From NCBI GenBank assembly GCA_963975275.1, contig CAXBFN010000006.1, positions 132,124 to 196,123 on the forward strand: DNA of 64,000 nt, in the 5' to 3' direction. The notes under the pieces were generated by a model. It was not told the origin of the DNA. It worked only from the letters and a program-made list of their open reading frames with translations, and did no database searches. This document shows positions 59,160-64,000 of this stretch, piece after piece (the stretch's first letter is position 1; each line of letters starts with the position of its first letter). A program made the position numbers and the translations under genes. This DNA comes from an uncultured Erythrobacter sp. (GTDB lineage Bacteria; Pseudomonadota; Alphaproteobacteria; Sphingomonadales; Sphingomonadaceae).

Positions 59160-59187
59160 CGTAGCGACCGCCCCTACGGGTTAGCGG

Positions 59188-59961
59188 TTAGTCCCTGAGC
59201 TGAACCCACACCGGGGCGTGATCGCTGGCCTTCTCGCGCCCGCGGTGGGTCTTGTCGACGCCCACGGCCGCCAGCCGGTCGGCCAGTTCGGGCGAGAGCA
59301 GCAAATGGTCGATGCGGAAGCCGTGGTCGCGTTGCCAGGCGCCCGCCTGATAGTCCCAGAACGTCCACACCCCGCCGCGCGGGTTGAGCGTGTCGACCGC
59401 ATCGGTCCAGCCATCGGCGAGCAGCCGCGCATAGGCATCGCGCGATTCGGGCTGCATCAGCGCATCGCTGGCCATCGCGCGGGGCGACCAGACGTCCTTG
59501 TCCTCGGGGATCACGTTGAAATCGCCGACCAGTGCGGTAGGAATCTCCTGCGCCCAGAGCGAGGCGGCATGGATCCGCAGCCGCTCCATCCAGGCCAGCT
59601 TGTAATCGAACTTGGGTCCGGGCTGCGGATTGCCGTTGGGCAGATAGATCGACGCGACCCGCACCCCGCCGACATCAGCCTCGAGATAGCGCGCGTGCTC
59701 GTCGTCGGGATCGCCGGGAAGCCCGCGCTGCGTTTCGATCGGCTCGATCCCGTCGGCCAGGATCGCGACGCCGTTGAAACCCTTCTGCCCGTGCCAGATC
59801 GATTTGTAGCCGATCGCCTCGAATTCGTCGGCGGGAAAGCCTTCGTCCTGCGTCTTGATTTCCTGCAGGCAGGCGACGGTGGGCCGCGTCTCCTCGAGCC
59901 ATTCCTTGAGGCGGGGCAGCCGGGCCTTGATCCCGTTGATGTTGAATGTGGCGATTTTCAT
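59188..59961 (-). CDS. xthA: exodeoxyribonuclease III
   Basis: MKIATFNINGIKARL, CLQEIK, RIDHLLLS, SDHAPVW. Confidence 0.95.
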   Translation of the reverse strand: MKIATFNINGIKARLPRLKEWLEETRPTVACLQEIKTQDEGFPADEFEAIGYKSIWHGQKGFNGVAILADGIEPIETQRGLPGDPDDEHARYLEADVGGVRVASIYLPNGNPQPGPKFDYKLAWMERLRIHAASLWAQEIPTALVGDFNVIPEDKDVWSPRAMASDALMQPESRDAYARLLADGWTDAVDTLNPRGGVWTFWDYQAGAWQRDHGFRIDHLLLSPELADRLAAVGVDKTHRGREKASDHAPVWVQLRD

Positions 59962-59999
59962 GGCGGCGCTTGTGCCGCAAAGCGCTGCAGGGGTCTAAT

Positions 60000-60329
60000 T
60001 CAAATCCCGAAGCTGGACCCGCAGCCGCAACCGGCGGCGGCCTGCGGGTTCTCGACCTTGAACGCCGCACCGCCGAGCGATTCGACGAAATCGACCGTGC
60101 TGCCCGCCACCAGATCGAGGCTGACCGGATCGACCACCAGTTGCACGCCCTCGGTCTCGCTCACCAGATCCTCGCCATCGGCGGCATCGGTCAGGCCGAA
60201 TTTGTACTGGAAGCCCGAGCAACCGCCCCCCTCGACCGATAGCCGCAGGATAGCGGGCTTGGCCTGCTTTTGCGCGATCGCGGCGACGCGCTTCGCGGCG
60301 GCGGGAGTGAGGGTGAGCATGTCGGCCAT
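60000..60329 (-). CDS. erpA: iron-sulfur cluster insertion protein (ErpA/IscA, HesB family)
   Basis: ATG 60329. LRLSVEGGGCSGFQYKF ... CGCGSSF. Confidence 0.9.
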   Translation of the reverse strand: MADMLTLTPAAAKRVAAIAQKQAKPAILRLSVEGGGCSGFQYKFGLTDAADGEDLVSETEGVQLVVDPVSLDLVAGSTVDFVESLGGAAFKVENPQAAAGCGCGSSFGI

Positions 60330-60360
60330 GCGTATGATGTAGGAGGCCCGAGGGCCGCAC

Positions 60361-60792
60361 TCAAGCGGTGCTGATATATTGCCGCATCTGCGCGGCCTCC
60401 TTCTCGATCTCGTCGATCCGCGATTTGACCAGATCGCCGATCGAGACGAAGCCGCACATGGTCGCGCCATCGAGCACCGGAAGATGGCGAATCCGGCGCC
60501 TGGTCATCAGCGCCAGCGCGTCGTCCACCTTGGTCCCACGCTCCACCGTGATCGCGGGAGAGGTCATCACCTCGCCCACCGACCTTTCCAGACAGGCGGA
60601 GCCTTCGCTGGCCATGCGATGGATCACGTCGCGCTCGGAAAAGATCCCCACCACCTCGCCATCCTTCATCACCGGCATGGCGCCGATCCGGCGGCTGTCG
60701 AGCAGCGCGATCACCTCGCGCACCGGCATGTCGACATCGCAGGTGACGATATCCGAACTGGCGCGGCATTCGATCAGTTTGGCTATATCCAT
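60361..60792 (-). CDS. CBS domain pair protein
   Basis: ATG 60792. Two CBS repeats (IGAMPVMKDGEVVGIFSERDV; IRHLPVLDGATMCGFVSIGDLV). Confidence 0.85.
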   Translation of the reverse strand: MDIAKLIECRASSDIVTCDVDMPVREVIALLDSRRIGAMPVMKDGEVVGIFSERDVIHRMASEGSACLERSVGEVMTSPAITVERGTKVDDALALMTRRRIRHLPVLDGATMCGFVSIGDLVKSRIDEIEKEAAQMRQYISTA

Positions 60793-60934
60793 CGCAACTC
60801 TCCCATGGCCGGTGTCCGGCTCTGCTGCGAGAATGCCATTTTCCGCCGCAAAACGCGAATCGCCCGGTTCGGGCAGCGGATTTCCAGGCTGCGCGAAGCT
60901 TGCAACTGCACTGCAGCATGCGCATGTGCGGCGC

Positions 60935-61234
60935 ATGGCCCGCAATTCCCCGCTCGACGATCCGCAGACCGCCGCTTTCGCCTGGGCACGCTATCGACGC
61001 CTGATGCGCTTCATGCTGCTGGTGACGGTGGGCGTCGTAGCGATCGCGATCGCGCTGCTCTATGACGGCGAGAGCGCGGCGTCGGTGCATTATTACATCG
61101 CCATCGCGCTGGGGATCGGCTTCACGATGTTGCTCGCCGGCGCGTTGATGGGGTTGGTGTTCCTGTCGTCGGGCACGGGCCACGACGATTCGATCGACGA
61201 CCAGATCGGCGACAACAGGAATCGCGGCGACTAG
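60935..61234 (+). CDS. small membrane protein, unknown function
   Basis: 99 aa with two hydrophobic segments ([15 protein letters not shown]; [23 protein letters not shown]). No family recognised. This is the only coding-looking part of track ORF 60368-61234. Confidence 0.5.
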   Translation: MARNSPLDDPQTAAFAWARYRRLMRFMLLVTVGVVAIAIALLYDGESAASVHYYIAIALGIGFTMLLAGALMGLVFLSSGTGHDDSIDDQIGDNRNRGD

Positions 61235-61620
61235 CCCAGCGGGCGCAGCCGGTAGTCCTCGACCGGTACTCCGCCGATCAGATGCTCCTGGATGATCCGC
61301 TCGAGGACCTCGGGCGTGCAGGAATGGTACCAGACGTAATCGGGGTAGACGAGCGCGATCGGGCCGCCGGCGCAGATCTGCAGGCAGTCGGCCTTGGTCC
61401 GCTGGAAGCCCCCGGAGCCATCGGCCCGGCGCGGCCCGGCGAGACGCAACTGCTTGAGCCGGGTCTTGAGATAGCCCCAGGCGAGCTTGCCCTCCTCGCG
61501 CGAACAGCATTTCTGCTTCTCGGCCAGCGCGCACAGGAAGATGTGCCGCTCGATCTCCTCGCCTGCCACCTTGGCGAGGGCCTTGCCGGCCTTCTCGACG
61601 GGCTTTTCCGGCCTATTCAC
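61231..61620 (-). CDS. thioredoxin-like (2Fe-2S) ferredoxin domain protein
   Basis: [14 protein letters not shown] ... [20 protein letters not shown]: a Cys pattern of the thioredoxin-like 2Fe-2S type. Confidence 0.75.
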   Translation of the reverse strand: MNRPEKPVEKAGKALAKVAGEEIERHIFLCALAEKQKCCSREEGKLAWGYLKTRLKQLRLAGPRRADGSGGFQRTKADCLQICAGGPIALVYPDYVWYHSCTPEVLERIIQEHLIGGVPVEDYRLRPLG

Positions 61621-63757
61621 TATCGGGCTTCAGCCAGCGGTCGAGCCAAGCGAAGACGGTGTCGTGCCACTGGAGCGAGTTCTTCGCCCCCAGCACCCAG
61701 TGGTTCTCGCCGGGGAAGACCAGCAGCTGGCTCGGGATGCCGCGTTCCTGCAGCGCGGTGAAGCTCTGGATGCCCTGCGTGTAGGGGACGCGGAAATCCT
61801 TCTGGCCGGTCACCACCAGCATCGGCGTCTGCCAGCGGTCGACGAAATTGACCGGGTTCCAGCGTTCGTAGGTTTCGGTCTGTTCCTGATAGCTGCCGCC
61901 GAAATCCCAGCGCGGAAACCACAGTTCCTCGGTCGCGTAATAGAAGCTGCGCATATCGAACAGCCCGTCGTGCTGGACCAGGCAGTCGAAGCGCTCGGGC
62001 CATTGCCCGGCGATCCAGTTCATCATGTAGCCGCCATAGGAGGCACCCATCGCGCAGGCGCGCTCCCCGTCGATCTGCGGATCGAGCGCCAGCGCCGCGG
62101 CGAGGCCCTTCTGCAGGTCCTCCAGCGGCTTGCCGCCCCAGTCGCGGTTGATCGCGTCGGTGAAGGCCTGGCCGTATCCGGTGCTGCCGTGGAAATCGAC
62201 CGAGATCACCGCATAGCCCTGGCTGGCGAGGACGCGCGGGTTCCAGCGCGTCGACCAGCCGTCGTTGAACGAGCCCTGCGGCCCGCCATGGACGTAGAGG
62301 ATCGCGGGCATGCGGCCCTCGTGGCCCTCGGGCTTGGTGATCTGGCCCCAGACGGTGTCGCCCTCGGCGCCGGGGAAGCTGAAGCGCTCGGTGGTGATCG
62401 AGGCGAGCCGGCCCATGCGCGTCGAGGCGACATCGGTCAGCGGCTCGGCCTGTTCCCAGCCGCGCGAGAGATACAGTTCGGGCGGCGCTCCGATCGAATC
62501 GCGGGTGAACAGCAGCCGCTCGCCCGCCAGCGGGGTGGCGTTGCCGATATGCGCTTCGTGGCCCGCCATCAGGTCGAGCCGCTCGACCGATCCGTCGCGC
62601 GGATCGATGCGGAAAGCGGGGGTATCGAGTACATCCTGCGCGGTCGCGACCAGGAAGCGCGAATCGGGGGTCCAGGCGAGCGAGGAGAAGCTGCGGTCGA
62701 AGCCCTGGGTCAGCGCACGGGTCTGCCCGGTGGCCAGATCGCGCAGTTGGACGACCATCCGGTCCGCTTCGTAGCCCGGCCGCGCCATCGCGAGATAAGC
62801 GAGATAGCGGCCATCGGGCGAAGGCGTGGGGAGTGCGTCGGTGGCTTCGTTGGCAGCGGTGAGATTGGTCGGGGCAGCGCCCGACAGGTCCGACCACCAG
62901 ATGTCGAGATTGGTCGAAATCGGCTCGTCGGCCCCCGTTTCGCGCGCGACAAAATAGACCCCCGAGCCGTCGGGCGCCCAGGCGACATCCTCGCCGCCCC
63001 CGAACGGTTTGGTCGGGGTGTCGCCGGTCGGACCGCCCGCACCCGCTGCGCCGTCGAGCGCACGGCCCTCGCCCGTTACCCGGCCATCTTCCAACTCGAA
63101 GACGAAGACGCGGCTGAAGGTGCCCGGGGTTTCCCAGCTGTCCCAATGGCGGACGAAGCCGGCATCGCCCTCGTAGAGCAGTCCGTCGCCGGGGCCGGGC
63201 AGATGCGCACTGCCATCGCCCGCGCAGCCGAAGTTCGGGCAGTCGCGCGCGATCTCCGCCCAGACGGCAACGGCGCCGCCCGCAGGAGCGAGCGCGAATC
63301 CATCGATCCCGGCGGTGAGGTCGGCGGCGAGCACCGGCGCGCTGGCAACTCCCTGCGGCCCAAGCTGGACGCGCCACAAGCGGCTAAGCTCCTCGCCGCC
63401 TTCGGAGAGGGCGCGGTCCGAAAGGAAATAGAGCCAGCCGTCGCCGCCGAACATGACGCTGCTGGCCGGACCGCCGAGGTCGAGCCGCGCCGGCGCCGCA
63501 TGGGCAGCGGTGAGGTCGTGGAGATAATAGTCGCTGCTGCGCGCGTAGCTCTCGGGATCGGTGGTGGTGACCGAATAGACCGCCCTATTGCCGTCCTTCG
63601 ATACGCTCGGGGCACCCAGCCGCGGCATGGCGACCAGATCCGCGGCGCTCATCGCGGGGCGCGGGGCCGCAGGCCGGTCCTGAGCAGCGAGCGGGGTGGC
63701 GAGCGAGAGCGCGGCGGCGCCGGCGGCGAGGGTTGCGAGCCCGAAGCGTGTGTTCAT
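61613..63757 (-). CDS. S9 family serine peptidase (prolyl oligopeptidase/dipeptidyl peptidase type)
   Basis: Signal peptide and an N-terminal beta-propeller. The catalytic domain has GASYGGYM (GxSxGG) and a C-terminal ENHW. Confidence 0.9.
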   Translation of the reverse strand: MNTRFGLATLAAGAAALSLATPLAAQDRPAAPRPAMSAADLVAMPRLGAPSVSKDGNRAVYSVTTTDPESYARSSDYYLHDLTAAHAAPARLDLGGPASSVMFGGDGWLYFLSDRALSEGGEELSRLWRVQLGPQGVASAPVLAADLTAGIDGFALAPAGGAVAVWAEIARDCPNFGCAGDGSAHLPGPGDGLLYEGDAGFVRHWDSWETPGTFSRVFVFELEDGRVTGEGRALDGAAGAGGPTGDTPTKPFGGGEDVAWAPDGSGVYFVARETGADEPISTNLDIWWSDLSGAAPTNLTAANEATDALPTPSPDGRYLAYLAMARPGYEADRMVVQLRDLATGQTRALTQGFDRSFSSLAWTPDSRFLVATAQDVLDTPAFRIDPRDGSVERLDLMAGHEAHIGNATPLAGERLLFTRDSIGAPPELYLSRGWEQAEPLTDVASTRMGRLASITTERFSFPGAEGDTVWGQITKPEGHEGRMPAILYVHGGPQGSFNDGWSTRWNPRVLASQGYAVISVDFHGSTGYGQAFTDAINRDWGGKPLEDLQKGLAAALALDPQIDGERACAMGASYGGYMMNWIAGQWPERFDCLVQHDGLFDMRSFYYATEELWFPRWDFGGSYQEQTETYERWNPVNFVDRWQTPMLVVTGQKDFRVPYTQGIQSFTALQERGIPSQLLVFPGENHWVLGAKNSLQWHDTVFAWLDRWLKPDSE

Positions 63758-63815
63758 GGCGCAGGCGTAGCCGCGCCGCGCGGCAAAGTTAAGCGCGATT
63801 GCGCAGCGCGCAGGC

Positions 63816-64000
63816 TCAGTCGCGCTTGCCGGCGATTCGCGAGATCTCGGCCCGGACGAGTTCCTCGACCATGTCGGGCAGATTGTCGTCGAGCCATTGC
63901 GCCAGCATCGGCCGCAGCAATTCGCGGGTCAGCGCCTCGAGCGAGGTCTCGCCCGAACGCACGATCTGGGGCTGCTTGCCGGGCCGCGAAATCATGGCGA
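63816..64000 (-). CDS. DUF2497 domain protein (PopZ-family C-terminal domain), N-terminus outside window
   Basis: My translation of the minus strand is ...SLEALTRELLRPMLAQWLDDNLPDMVEELVRAEISRIAGKRD*. It matches the conserved DUF2497/PopZ C-terminal helix pattern. Only 61 codons are visible. Confidence 0.65.
   Translation of the reverse strand, partial: AMISRPGKQPQIVRSGETSLEALTRELLRPMLAQWLDDNLPDMVEELVRAEISRIAGKRD

Overview
High-GC (about 65%) alphaproteobacterial chromosomal DNA covering the replication-origin neighbourhood. I call about 68 tightly packed protein-coding genes (two run off the window edges). By eye I found no rRNA, tRNA, CRISPR array, transposase, integrase or prophage gene. 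The main landmark is the block parB-parA-rsmG-mnmG-mnmE ... rho-hemJ-hemE | AT-rich gap | ppsR-like(DUF299)-maf-aroE-coaE-dnaQ. This is the gene order that flanks Cori in Caulobacter crescentus. I therefore predict oriC in the hemE/DUF299 gap (52874-53189), which holds an AT-rich tract, six GANTC sites and DnaA-box-like 9-mers. Four parS sites (TGTTNCACGTGNAACA) lie 8-10 kb to its left. The rest is mostly housekeeping: coq7, dsbB-like, ctpA, envC-like, rlmH, rsfS, nadD, clpA, hemB, fdxA, carD/cdnL, tsaC/sua5, xthA, erpA and hpf. There are also three LytM/M23 proteins (two with intact catalytic motifs, one degenerate), an M23-bactofilin pair, a ligase-associated exonuclease plus ATP-dependent DNA ligase pair, an ABC-2 exporter, and several enzymes and lipoproteins of unclear role. 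Many long ORFs in the supplied track are antisense or alternative-frame artefacts of the high GC content. Several true starts are internal ATG, GTG or TTG codons. I did not find a convincing self-contained novel system such as a defence island. The best candidates for undescribed biology are: (1) the overlap-linked string hemB-GNAT-GNAT-membrane-fused spermidine-synthase-like-gamma-CA; (2) an LpxH-like phosphoesterase coupled to a GT4 glycosyltransferase; (3) a five-gene block of uncharacterised enzymes between mnmE and rho; and (4) a few unexplained cis elements (an AT-rich inverted repeat over the fadD start, a hairpin-rich element splitting the exonuclease-ligase pair, and a long structured leader upstream of a SleB-type hydrolase).
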